Of a stretch of 64,000 bases of DNA, positions 47,901 through 60,300 are shown piece by piece. Position numbers and translations under genes: made by a program. A model generated the notes under the pieces. The model had not been told where the DNA came from. It worked only from the letters and a program-made list of their open reading frames with translations, and made no database searches. The stretch comes from Azolla caroliniana (Eukaryota; Plantae; Polypodiophyta). Where the stretch lies: assembly GCA_043228905.1 (NCBI GenBank), contig JBHGNT010000004.1, positions 4,712,001 to 4,776,000 of the forward strand. Direction: 5' to 3'. How positions within the stretch are numbered: position 1 is the first letter of the stretch; every line of letters begins with the position of its first letter.

Positions 47901-50900
47901 AGTTGCGAAAGGTGATCGGTGAAGACCTTGGAGAAGACTGGACCGTTCCGGTTAGTTCGATGGGAATGTACGAAGTCATCGTGGACTTCGGGGAAAGGAT
48001 CGGGTCGGATCGGACGGCCCGCGTGGGTACAAAGTACAAAACTGTGGACCGGAAGGTGAGGCCAGTCGCGGCACCCTTGCCGGGGGGCAGCGAGGAGCAG
48101 ATAAAAGGGGTCGCGTCAGACCCAAGTTTACAGAATCCGGCTGGCATAGGGCACCGGTTCACCGACATAACGCTACGGGAGCTCAAGGTCGGTGGGGGTG
48201 GCTTTCTACTGCCGGCGGAGGAGGACAGGTTTCGAAGAATGCTCGGAAGGCATGGGAAAGCCTTCACGTTCTCGCCGGAGGAGATCGGGTGCGTGGACCC
48301 GACGATCGTCAAACTGATGGTGATCTTCACAGTACCGCATGTACCGTGGAATCTCAAACCGATTCCAGTGTCGAGAGCTCACATCCCGAAGTTGATGGAG
48401 CTTTTGAAGCAAAAGGTGGAGATGGGCATCCTCGAACCGTCGAGTGCCCCATATTCGAATCGGTGGTTTACGGTGCCGAAGAAGAACGGCACGCTACGCT
48501 TCATTCAGGACCTGCAACTGGTCAACAGGGTGACCATCCGTAATGCAGGAATCGGACCGACCATAGACGAGTTCGTGGAGGCCTTCGCTGGAAGGTCGAT
48601 CTATTCGGTCGGTGACTTATACTCGGGGTACGACCACTTCCAACTAGTCGTGGAGAGCATGGATATCATGACAATGCGAACTCCTCTCGGCCTAGTACGG
48701 ATGTGTACCCTACCACAAGGCGGGACGAATTCGGTGGCTCATATGGTGAACGCAATGAACAAGGTGTTGAGGGACTGCATCCCAGATATCACCATGCCAT
48801 TCTTGGACGACATCTCGATAAAGGGGTGTCTGATGGAAGATGCAGACGAGACTGTCGGGCCAGACGGATGACGGAGGTTCGTCGTGAACCACATTAACGA
48901 CTGCGAGAAGGTGCTACAGAGGCTCGACAGCGCACGACTCACCTTCTCTGGAGAAAAATCGGCGTTCGGGCAGTCAGAGATCCTGGTGGTCGAACACCTG
49001 TGCAGGCCTTACGGTAGGAAACCATCTCCGGCAAAGGTAGAGGCCATCTCCGTGATGAGGAACGATTGCGGGTTGGTTACGAAGGTCCGCAGATTCTTGG
49101 GTGCATGCGCGTTCTACCACATCTGGATCCCGCACTACGTACATGTCGCGGAACCCCTCTACTTACTATTGAAAGGGGGGCGTAGCTTTGAGTGGAGGAC
49201 GGAGCACACGAAGTCGGTCCAGAGACTAAACGAGGCACTTATGGTAGCGCCAACTCTCCGTAAAGCGGTTTACGGCAAGGGAGTCCCCATCTACGTGATG
49301 GTGGACATGAGCCCGACCAGGATCGGGTGGGTGATCAACCAGGAGGACGAGGACGGCGTACGGTTCCCGATCCGGTTCGAGGCGAAGGTATTGAGCGAGC
49401 AGCACTGAGGATACGCCCAAGTTAAGTGCGAGCTTTGGGGTATCGTTTCATCAGTCAAGGCCGACAAGGACTATCCGATCGGGACAGAAGTAATCATCGA
49501 GACGGATTGCCTGCCGATACTCGGCATGGTTTCCGGATGCGCGACGCCGAACCTAGCAATGCTCCAGTGGATAGCGTACATTAAGTCCCTGAACCCGGAG
49601 ATACGGCACATCTCCGGAAAAGATAACGCCATGGCCGACATGCTTTCGAGAGCGAGGTTCAACGACGAAGACGGCATGGTTTCGGATGACGAAGAAATCG
49701 GCGAGGACTTCTTCGGGTCGGCTAACGTGGTGACGAGGAAAGGGGACACTCCGGCGCTTAACGAATTTGACGAAAGCAGGTACGACGGGGAGTGGCTCCA
49801 AATCGAGAGGTTCCTACGGGCGATGACGTCGGACGCAGCATGGACGAGAGAAGAGGCGAGCCGGGTACGGAAGAAGGCGTACCGATTCTTCCTACGGGAC
49901 GTGTACATATGGAGGCACCCAAAGAAAAGAAACGGCATCCCGCTCCGAGTAGTGGCAAAGAAAGATTAACAGGAGGAATTACTAGCGGCATTTCACGAGA
50001 GTCCCTGGGCCGGGCACCACGGAACGTGTGCTACATTCGAGAAGCTGAAGGAGAAGTATTGGTGGCCGAGGCTGTATCGGGACGTGCATCGGTTCGTAAC
50101 GACTTACGAAAGTTGTCAGATGCACTCCGTAGTCCGACATCGAGACGAGCTACACTCGACCTACCCGCCTACGGTCCAATTCAAGTGGATGGTGGACTTG
50201 GTGATGATGCCGATGGGAGTAGGACAGATGCGATACCTGGTGCTTGCGCGGGAAGACTTAACAAACCAGGTGGAAGGTCGTGCACTGCAGAACAAGACAA
50301 CCGTGGCGGTATGCCGGTTCCTGATCGAAGCGGTAGTGTGTCGGTACGGATGCGTCGGGAGGATCGTGGCGGACCGAGGAGAGCTGGATGCGCAGGAAGC
50401 TGAGGAGTTGTTCGACCGGCTAAGGGTCAAACTCTCCCTCACTGCGGCGTACAATCCAAAGGCGAACAGGAAGGTAGAACGTGGGCACGGGCCGATCGTA
50501 AAGGCATTGGTGCATGCATGCGGAGGGCAGGTCGGGAATTGGCCACGGCTCCTTCCTTACGCACTATGGGCAGACCAAACTACGCATAGTTCGGTGACAG
50601 GGTTTATGACGGCAGAGCTAATGTATGGACAGAAGTCGATCATGCCGGTGGAACGGACGGTTTCTTCATGGGCGGCGGTAGATTGGAAGGATGAGATGAG
50701 CCGGGAGGAGTTGCTGGCGGCGCGGATTCGGCAACTCGAGCGGAGGCCGGAGGACATGAAACGGGCAAAGGAAAAGCTGCGGGCGGCAAGGGAGCGGAAC
50801 AAGACCCGGTTCAACCAGACACACCGATTGCGGCCAAAGAAGGTCAAGGAAGGCGACTGGGTTTTGGTATATGACAGCAGCCTCAACAATCAGCACAAGG

Positions 50901-51341
50901 CAGTGCGAAAGTTCGCTAGGAGATGGTTTGGCCCTACACGGTGACGAGCGTGAATGACAACGGCACGTACCACCTCACAGAACTCGACGGGACACGGTTA
51001 GCGGTACCAGTGGCCGGGAAGCGGATCAAAACGTTCAAGAAGCAGTTCGAAGACGAGCCGGAGCCGGCGAGCGAGAGCAATGACGACGATCGGTTCGGGC
51101 CCGGCGAGGAATCGGAGAGCGACGAGTGAAGCCGGTTTTCTTCGGTATCTACCCGTCTCTAGCGCATGCCGGTGGATGCGCGGTTTGGTGGAGTCTTCAC
51201 AATCCATGCTTTTTCTCTAACTATAGACTATATGCTTTATCTAACCAGTTCCTCCTTTCGGTTCTCACCAGGTACTCCATGTCCTATCCAGAGAGACCAA
51301 AAATGTAATTTTTCACGTAGTGTGCGAATTACACTACGACA
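44928..51341 (+). mobile_element. Non-chromovirus Gypsy element I inserted in gag of H; 4-bp TSD, non-identical ends
   Basis: TSD acgc (44924-44927, 51342-51345). 5' LTR ends cgcgaca at 45593; PBS tggtgaacccgacgtgaa at 45598-45615. Gag knuckle CMWCHAIGHIRKDC, protease LVDHGSEINLM, RT DLYSGY/LPQG/FLDD, RNase H, integrase WMVDLV/ADRGE/VERGHG/WFGPY. Several stops and frameshifts; no copy of the 5' LTR at the 3' end. Confidence 0.92.
45638..51129 (+). pseudogene. Gag-protease and RT-RNaseH-integrase coding region of element I (interrupted)
   Basis: ORF pieces 45693-46385, 46126-47412, 47331-47666, 47828-48871, 48884-49408, 49526-49969, 50084-50944 and 50923-51129 tile the Gypsy domain order. Confidence 0.9.
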
Positions 51342-52536
51342 ACGCGCTCGCGGATCCCTAGTTCCACCACACACTTAAAGCTAGAAATTTGTTTAAGATC
51401 ATGGACATCCCTCTGTTGCGTCTCGTTCTGATAGGTAGCAAGGAAATCCATGATGTTCTTGCCACCAAATCGTCCAACTATCTCCACCGTTTGATCAACA
51501 ACTTTGTCGATTAAAGCCTCCCGATCTCTCGCCTTCGGCATGTATTCCACGACGAACACCATGCCTTTCGTCAATTCCCTTCCTTGAGTTCCGCTTGTCG
51601 AAGCCATCGTTGCACTTGATATCCTCCTACCACCTCATTTCACATCGGGTTCACCAAAGATGTCGTGAAAATACGACAAAGATATGTGAACTTGAGGCAG
51701 GACCCCGGGGCCTCCGACTAGAGGATACCAAATTAGTGCGATTATACTTTAGGAATTAACGGAAATGAGAAAGTTTAATAAATTTTATTAGCAAAGAAAA
51801 AGAAAAATTACAATCTATCCCAAGATGGGATTACATAAGTTTCGGTTTAAAGAGATTAATAGATAAGCAAAAATTTAGGTTTTTGAGATATATGGCTTCC
51901 CCAAAATCTTAAGAAAAAAATTTAACCCCCCTATTGTGCTTTCCACCCTTATAGTGATGGGACACTTCGCACATAGCAATCCATGCTTTTTCTAATATAG
52001 ACTTCATGCTTTTTCTTCTAATAATAGCTTTCATGCATGGCCTCTATTTTAAGTTGCATGCATCCGTACAGTTCGACGTGTGCATGATCATGCATGAACT
52101 TACTTTAGTTGCATAGCCTCTATTTTTAGTTGCATGCATCTGTAAAGTTCGACCTGTGCATGATCTGTACAGTCGTCCCGCCCGATCCACGCATCATGAA
52201 CAACCGTTCCAACCGATCCGACCGAACCGCACCGGACGTTCTGAACTGTCCTCCAAAATCTTCCAAACAGTTCGACGACATCCATCTATCCAAACAATTT
52301 GGGCCAAATCACCCTAATCGTTGTGTGCTCCAAACACACACATATGAAGTAATAAGTTATGGGCCTACTTATATACTGATGGATCCGATGTTGTCCTGTC
52401 TATGTGCGATATCTCACAAATCTATTTTCCTCATCTTCTTGACAAGTTCATACTCACATAACTTGATACATAGTTGTCCGTTTCATATGTAGTAAAATGC
52501 GTTCGAAAGCTCTTGAAGATGTCCATCTTTCCATAC

Positions 52537-55500
52537 TGTTACGGGCATGACCATATAATATCCCGTGGTGAGAATTTACCATAGTATTCTATACACATGG
52601 ATAAGTGTGAGGGTTAAACGAGCGTGTAAAGAAGGGGAGGATTACTTTTAAATCCTCGGGATTGAGACAACCCATTAGGCCAAGTGTGAACATGGCCGGG
52701 GACCTTGGGTATCGCTATAAATAAGAGGCCTAGCTACCCTCATTTGATCATCTGGTTGACTACGTCGAGACTCTGTCTTGTGGTGGGTCAACTCTTGTAG
52801 CGAGCGCGCCAGCACCAAGTACGACTCGACGCCATGGCGGTGGTATGGGACGTCGATCGAGGCTCGAGTCTGTCTCGATCCCTTCGCTCGGGGGTGGTCG
52901 GGTGGATCGGCACCCTGCTTTCTCTCTCTCCTTTCTTTCTATCTACCTAGATCTATCCTTATGTAATGCTTACTTTAGTACATGTCTCTAATATTTGGTA
53001 TCAGAGCTATGGCCATTATGAGTTTCTGGTTATGCCTTTTGGTTTGACCAATGCTCCGACTACATTTCAACAAGAAATGAATGACATTTTCCAAGAACAA
53101 CTTGGAAAATTTGTCGTTATTTTCTTGGATGATATTTTAGTTTATAGTCGTACATTACAGGAACATGCTAAACATGTCCGCTTTGTTTTACAAACATTGC
53201 GTGACAAACAGTTTTACGCGAAGATCTCAAAATGTGAGTTCTTCAAGAAATCAATTACTTATCTTGGACATCTCATAACCGAACGAGGAGTTGAAATTGA
53301 TCCTTCTCGCATCGAGAAAATCAAGCTTTGGCCCACTCTTCGGAATATTCGAGAAGTTCAATCATTCCTTGGTTTTGTCGGGTTTTTGCGAAAATCCCTT
53401 TGTAATTACTCCCAATTGACGACGTCGTTTACTGATCTTCTAAAAGGTCAAACACGTAAGTCTACAAAACCTATTGTCTGGAATGCTACACTAGACCTCG
53501 CCTTTAAGGAACTCAAGGACCTGGTATGCAAGGCTCCTTCACTTCTTTTACCCGATCCTTCAAAACCTTTTGAGGTTGAAACCGATGCAAGCGATTATGC
53601 TATAGGTGTTGTCTTATATCAAGATGGTAAACCAATAGCATTCGAGAGTAAGAAACTTGATTCTACTCAATGTCGGTATACCGTTCAAGAAAAGGAATTA
53701 TTTGCAGTTATACATGCGCTCAAAACATGGCGCCATTATCTTTATGGAAATTGCTTTGTGGTAACTACGGACCACAAGTCCTTGAAATATTTTTGTGACC
53801 AACAAGACCTGAAAGGTCGTAAGGCACGATGGGCTGATCTCATCCAGGACTTTGATTTTTCCATACGATATCATAAAGGTTCCATGAACACTGTCGTTGA
53901 TGCACTAAGTCGCATCCGTGAAGTTAACATGCTTAGCTTCACTGAAATATCATCAAATCTTTATGATCACCTTCGAGGAAAGTATTCTAAGGATAGTTAT
54001 TTCGCAAAATATTGGGCAAGAGTTGAGTCTAGAACAGACACCACCACATCCTCGAAGGAATACTTGCACATTGCTAACGTTCTGCTCTACCGTAATGGAA
54101 AGGTTTGTGTTCCAGATTTACCCGAGGTCAAAAAGAGGATTCTTTTTTAATGCCATGATGCACCCTCAGCAAGGCACCCTGGAATACATCGTACATTCGT
54201 TCTCATCTCCACTCAATTTTATTGGCCTAAGATGCGTCCTAACATACATAGCTATGTGACTAAATGTCACCAATGTCAGGTTAACAAAGCCGAGCGACTT
54301 AAAACCGCTGGACTTTTACATCCCTTGGACATTCCCAATAATAAGTGGGAAAGAATATCCATGGATTTTATTGTTAGCCTTCCTCGCACCCAAAAAGGCC
54401 ATGATGCCATCTGGGTTGTGGTTGACCGACTAACTAAAATGGCCATTGCTACTAAAACCACGGTAACAACTCCTGGATTGGCTTACCAATTCGTTGACGA
54501 GTTATTTCGTTTTTATGGGTTACCGATGGATATCGTGAGTGATCAAGATCCAAAATTTACTAGTGACTTTTGGAGGCAAGTCTTTAAGAAGTTAGAAACT
54601 ACGTTGAGCATGAGCTCCACGGATCATCCTCAATCCGATGGACAAACAGAACGAGTAAATCAAATTATTGAGGACATGCTTCGAGCATATGTTGGTATAA
54701 AACCAACAAAATGGGAACGTTATCTCCCAATTTTGGAGTTTGCTTATAACAGTTCCAAGCATACGTCGACGGGATATAGTCCTTTTATGTTGATGTATGG
54801 TTTTCAGCCACGAGCCCCGATTGATGTTAATATACATCATGATGAGTTGCGAAGTACGCAAAACTTTCTTCGAGATATGCAAGATATGTTGCATTTTGCA
54901 CGAGATAATATAAAAACAGCTCAAGATAGAGCCCGTTTTTATGTTGATCATCATAGGCAACCTCGTGTATTCAACCCTGGACAGAAGGTATTTTTACATG
55001 TACCTCACAATTCTAAGACATTGTCTACGGGTAAGTGCGCTAAGTTAGCCCCACGGTTTTGTGGACCTTTTACAGTCCTCAAACGCATTGGGTCATCAAC
55101 CTATCATCTCGCTCTTCTCGATGGTGTTGGAATTCATCCAGTCTTTCATGTGAGTCGTCTAAAAGAACTTCTAGGTTCTGGCGACAATATAGTTACAATT
55201 GAAACTCTGGTTACTTCTGAAGATTTATCTTCTAAACCACATGTACCAAAAAGAATTCTTGATGTTAAAACAAAAAAATTACGTACTAAAGAAATCCGAG
55301 AATTTAAAATAAAATGGATGGATAAATCAATAAAAGATGCCACTTGGGAACGTGAAAATACTCTCAGAACTAACTTCCCTAACTTTCCATTGCAAGAGTG
55401 CAATGTTTTAAAGAGGGGGAGTATGTTACGGGCATGACCATATAATATCCCGTGGTGAGAATTTACTGTAGTATTCTATACACGTGGATAAGTGTGAGGG

Positions 55501-55880
55501 TTAAACGAGAGTGTAAAGAAGGGGAGGATTACTTTTAAATCCTCGGGATTGAGACAACCCATTAGGCCAAGTGTGAACATGGCTGGGGGCCTTGGGTATC
55601 GCTATAAATAAGAGGCCTAACTACCCTCATTTGATCATCTGGTTGACTACGTCGAGACTCTGTCTTGTGGTGGGTCAACTCTTGTAGCGAGCGCGCCAGC
55701 ACCAGGTACGACTTGATGCCACGGCGGTGGTATGGGACGTCGATCGAGGCTCGAGTCCGTCTCAATCCCTTCGCTCGGGGGTGGTCGGGTGGATCGGCAC
55801 CCTTCTTTCTCTCTCTCCTTTCTTTCTATCTACCTAGATCTATCCTTGTCTAATGCTTACTTTAGTACATGTCTCTAATA
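52537..55880 (+). mobile_element. Gypsy chromovirus J, internally deleted (no gag or protease), TG..TA LTRs
   Basis: 457-bp LTRs 52537-52993 and 55424-55880; TSD catac; PBS tggtatcagagc; PPT aagagggggagta. Coding starts abruptly at YGHYEFLVMPFGLTNAP, then FLDD, RNase H (ETDASDYAIG, TDHKSL), integrase (ISMDFI, SDGQTER, GPF) and a chromodomain-like tail (RILDV..FKIKW..DATWE). Confidence 0.95.
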
Positions 55881-57300
55881 CATACCAAGCCATTAAGGTA
55901 ATCTAAAATAATTATTTCGGTATTTTTCATATCGTGTGAAGAACTACACAAAATCGGGTATGGGTGGATGTCAAGCGTAACCGAGGCATTTGATAACTTG
56001 AAGCAAACATTTACATGTCCACCAATTTTGGTTCACACTGACCTAGAAAAACCGTTTACCATAGAAGCAAATGCATCTGATTTTGCACTAGGATGTGTTT
56101 TATCACAAATATCTCATGATAAGAAATTGCATCAAGTTGCATTTTATTCAAGAAAGTTCGAACCTATAGAAATCAATTATGAAATCCATTACAAGGGGTT
56201 GTTGGCAATTGTTGATTCTTTTGAGCAATGGCATCACTTCTTAGAAGCTTCTCCTCACCAAATTATTGTTTACGACAATCATAAAAACCTCAAATACTTT
56301 CAAAATGCTAGAGTCCTAAATTAACGACAAGCTAGGTGGGCTATTATATCATAATGTGAAAACTACTAGACTATGTGACTAGTTGGATTTCGAATGTCTA
56401 GGTTCATTTGACAATGTAATCTCTTATCAAGTTAACGGTGTTACATTTTGTTTGGACCTCCTTCACATATGTTGCATCTTCATCCAATATTTCATGTTTA
56501 ATTGTTAGAGTCATAGACCTCAAGTTATATCCCAAACAAGATAGTTCCACCACCACCTCTCATTTAACTTGTTGAAGGACCAAAATATGAGGTAGAAGTT
56601 ATTTTAGACTCCAAAGTCATCCACAACAAGTTACATTACCTTGACGATCGAACCGGGAAACCCGTAGAGAACGTCACTAATGCCCCTGAACTCATACAGG
56701 AATTTCCTTTTAGCTACCCCAATAAACCAAATCCTAGTTCATGCATTGTGACTCATGGAACTCATAATTTGTCAAAGGAGGGGATGATGTCATAAAAAGT
56801 CAATATCAACATTCAAACCTGTAACATTTAAACAAGAGTCTAACAAATATGCACTTCATATTATTATTATTTAGAGTTATGTGGCACTGTACACAATGGA
56901 TGATCGTCAAATGGCATGCATGTATGTATGCCAAGTGGCACACATCGTGTATGCCAAGTGGCGATCATGCATGATCCCATGTATGTTATATAAGTAGAGG
57001 ATTTGCTTAGTGAACGCTAGTCTTCAGTACCCTTGTTAGCTTGGTCTCCGGGTAATACAAATTCTTCTCTTCTTGTTTTATTATCATCTGCTTATTTTGT
57101 TATTATCTTCTTTTCGTTACGTCATGATAATCATTACGTCATGTGTGGCAATGTCATGGGAAAACAAGATGAACCAAGAATACAAGGATAAGATAACTCA
57201 AGGGGCGACCACAAGACTTGGCAAGATTTGGATTTGGCATTCAAATTGCCAAAGGTTGTTAGGGTAAAGAAAAAGAGGGGATTTGACAAGATGCACTAAC

Positions 57301-60300
57301 TAAAGAAGGTTTGGTAGGTGTGTGCGTATGCGGAAGCGTATGAGAACCTGTTTGTGTATGTCAGAAAACAACACAGAAGGGGAGGAAGGCGGAGACTTAC
57401 ACAGAAATGAGCTTTAATGGAAAGCTTTATTACGTTCTCTTTTTTTTCTCACACAGTCTTGATACAATGTGTATATATGTCTCTATCTTTCTTTTCAACG
57501 TTAGGTTATTGCATATATACTAAGCCCTAACTATGTGGACGAGTTCACACTAGGACGAATACAAATTGGAAGGAGTCGGGCTTTTATGCCAACAAACTCC
57601 CCCGTAAAAGGACTACTCTTTCTTGCGTATACAAGTGTTTGGGGTTATCTCCCCCGTAAATCTAGATTACAAGATTATCCTAAATTTACATTACAAGTCA
57701 GTCGACATGCGGCCAAGTCGGTAGAGGTATAGTAGGTGTAGATATGGTTGTTCCGATTACGTCTTACCTATTGTCCCTCGTTCGGCTTTCTTCTGCTCGG
57801 TCGCTTGTCATAGTCCCATCTTCGTCCTTAGTGCTTCAACCTGCATGATATCGCACCGCCAAATCACTTCCTTTGCACAGTCAATGCAGCTAGATCGCTT
57901 CCTTTGCTACCTCTAATGCTGCTATGTACTCGGCTTCTATGGTCGACAGAGTCGTGCACTCTTGAAGTTTCGACCTCCATGATATCGCACCGCCACCATA
58001 GGTGTAGATGTAACCTGATGTCGATTTCCGATTGTCCGTATTCCGGGCATAGTCGGAATTGGTGTAGCCTTCGACTTTGGCTGAGGTTGTCAATCCGAAA
58101 GTCAACTGTGTATCTTCGGTCCCTCTCATGTACCTAAAGATGTGCTTGATGGCCTCCCAATGCTTTCGTCCTAGGTTTGACATGTACCGACTGACCACCC
58201 CTACGGCATAGGTTAGGTCGGGTCGGGTCGCCACCATTGCGTACATGATACTTCCTACGGCCGATGCATAGGGCATCTCTCCATTAAGCTCTCTCTCCTT
58301 GTCCGTTGAAGGAGAGTCTTTGTACAATAGTCGGATCGACATCAGAAGCGGTGTTGGTGTTGGCTTCACATTCTCCATGTTGAAGCGCTTCAGCACCTTC
58401 CGAATATAGTTGGACTTGGAGAGTAAGAGAGTCTTGGTCATCCGATTTCCTCGATCCTCATGCCCAGTATGTGTCGGTCTTGTCCGAGTTCCTTACTCAC
58501 GAATTTCTCGTGAAGGCTCCACTTCAGTCTTCCGATCTCTACTTGATTGCTTCCTGCAATCAGCATGTCGTCGACATATAGGATCAGATAGATCTTGGAC
58601 TCGTCGGCCAGTTGTTGAACATGGGTCGGAGTCAGTTCTGCGGTATCCAAGTTTCTTGATGTAAGAGTCAAATTTCTAGTACCACATCCTCGGCTCTTGT
58701 TTCAAGCCATATAGACTTTTCTTTAATTGACATACGAGGTGTCTTTCCTCCCCCGTCACCGAGAAGCCTGCCAATTGAGACATGTAGATGTCTTCTTCTA
58801 GATCTCCATGTAGGAATGTCGTCTTTACGTCCATCTGTTCAAGCTCAAGATCTTCTGTCGCTACAAGTCCTAGTAAGAGTCGAAGGGTGGTCATCTTGAC
58901 TATTGGTGAGAATATCTTATCGTAGTCGACCCCATGTTCTTGCTTGAACCCTTTCGCGACAAGCTGAGCTTTGTACTTGGGTTTTTCTAAGTCAGATACA
59001 TACTTGTATCGGAATACCCATTTGCAAGGTAGCAGCTTTCTCCCAACTGGTAGTTCAACCAGCTCCCATGTTTGATTCTTGTGGATCGAGTCCATTTCAG
59101 ATTTCATAGCTTGTGGCCATGTGTCGGGATCTGTTGCGGCCATAGCTTCTTCATAAGTGCTTGGTTCGCCTGCATCGGTGTAGTTGACATAGTCGAGGCC
59201 CAGTTGAAAAAACTATGTTGGCCTTCGAACTCGTCCAGATCTCCTGGTGCCGAGATAAGTGGTTCAGATTCTTCGATCGACTCGGTTGGGCGATCAGTAT
59301 TTGTTGAACCATTTGTGTCAGGAGTCTTGTCGTTGTGCTCCCCTATGAACTTTGTCGACTCGGTTGTGTTTCCTACTCGCATCTTGTTGGCTTTGCCTGC
59401 TTTGACTCTTGTCGAATTGGCTCTGTCATTGATGGCTTTATCTTCGAGTTCGACTAATGGACTTTCTACCGATTCGGAGTCGGCAAGTATATTGTCGGCT
59501 TGTTCGAGTTCAACTATTTGTTGAATCTCTGAGGTGGCCCGGTGGGTCAGTCCTTCTACGATGTCTCTGTCGTCTTGGAAGGATACCTTTTTTCCAAATG
59601 TTTTCTGCTAGTTCCACTGAGAGAAGATAGAGTCTTCATTGAAGACTACATCACTACTCCGGATTAGTTTCCGGTTCTCAAGGTCCCATAGCCTGTAGCC
59701 GAATTCACCATCGGTTCCATAACCGAGAAATATGCATTTCGTTGTATGGGGTGCCAGTTTTGTCTTTTTATTCCTAGGGATGAACGCATAGTCTTCGCAT
59801 CCAAATATACGAAGCCTATCGTAAGTCAGCTATTTTCCTGAACATAGTGCCTGTGGCACTTCAAGCCTGATTGCTCTTGACGGTGCCAGATTTATCAGGT
59901 ATACTGACGTCTGCAATGCTTTTGCCCAGAATTCCCGCTTCAGTCCGGCTTATTGGAGCATTGCCGTCACCCTCTCCTGGATCGTTCTGTTGATCCGTTC
60001 TGCCATTCCATTTTGCATAGGTGTGTAGGGAATGGTCTTTTGATGTCTGATCCCTTTGTTGGACAGGTACTGTTTGAAGGATCTGAAGGTATATTCGCCT
60101 CCGTTGTCGGATCGGAGGGTCTTTACTCTGTGTCCCGACCAATTCTCCACTTCAAATATCCACCGAGTGAAGAGCTCGAGTGCTTCATCTTTGGACCTAA
60201 TGGAGATAATGCCCAAACTTTTCGTGTACGTTCATCTACAAATGTGATGAAGTATCGGGAGCCTCCTAGTGATCATTCTTGCATGGGCCCACATATATCT

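Larger units (their letters stand above)
41427..55947 (-). mobile_element. Non-chromovirus Gypsy element H, tRNA-Trp primed, internally deleted
   Basis: LTRs 41427-~42240 and 51661-~55947 (the latter split by J). PBS complement tcacatcgggttcacca at 51640-51656. Gag 51607-51346 continues in frame at 44927 (..ERVTEIQNKHRTWEEF..; CVWCDSFEHSRREC) and is then joined directly to RT at MPFLDD, so protease and the RT N-half are deleted. RNase H and integrase remnants extend to ~42300. Confidence 0.9.
41130..57130 (+). mobile_element. Old Gypsy chromovirus G (host of H, I and J)
   Basis: LTR sequence shared by 41130-41426 (cut by H) and 56788-~57130 (caaacctgtaac.tttaaacaagagtct, ttagagttatgtggca, cttggtctcc). 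PPT aaggaggggatga. RNase H remnant 55968-56324 (EANASDFALG, NYEIH, HKNL) and chromodomain remnant (GPKYEVEVILDSK) at ~56575-56700. Right end is approximate. Confidence 0.8.

Noticed and set aside
45764-48357. Long antisense ORFs (180, 176, 253 aa) in element I
   Set aside because: Expected by-product of GC-rich codon usage on the sense strand; no motifs.
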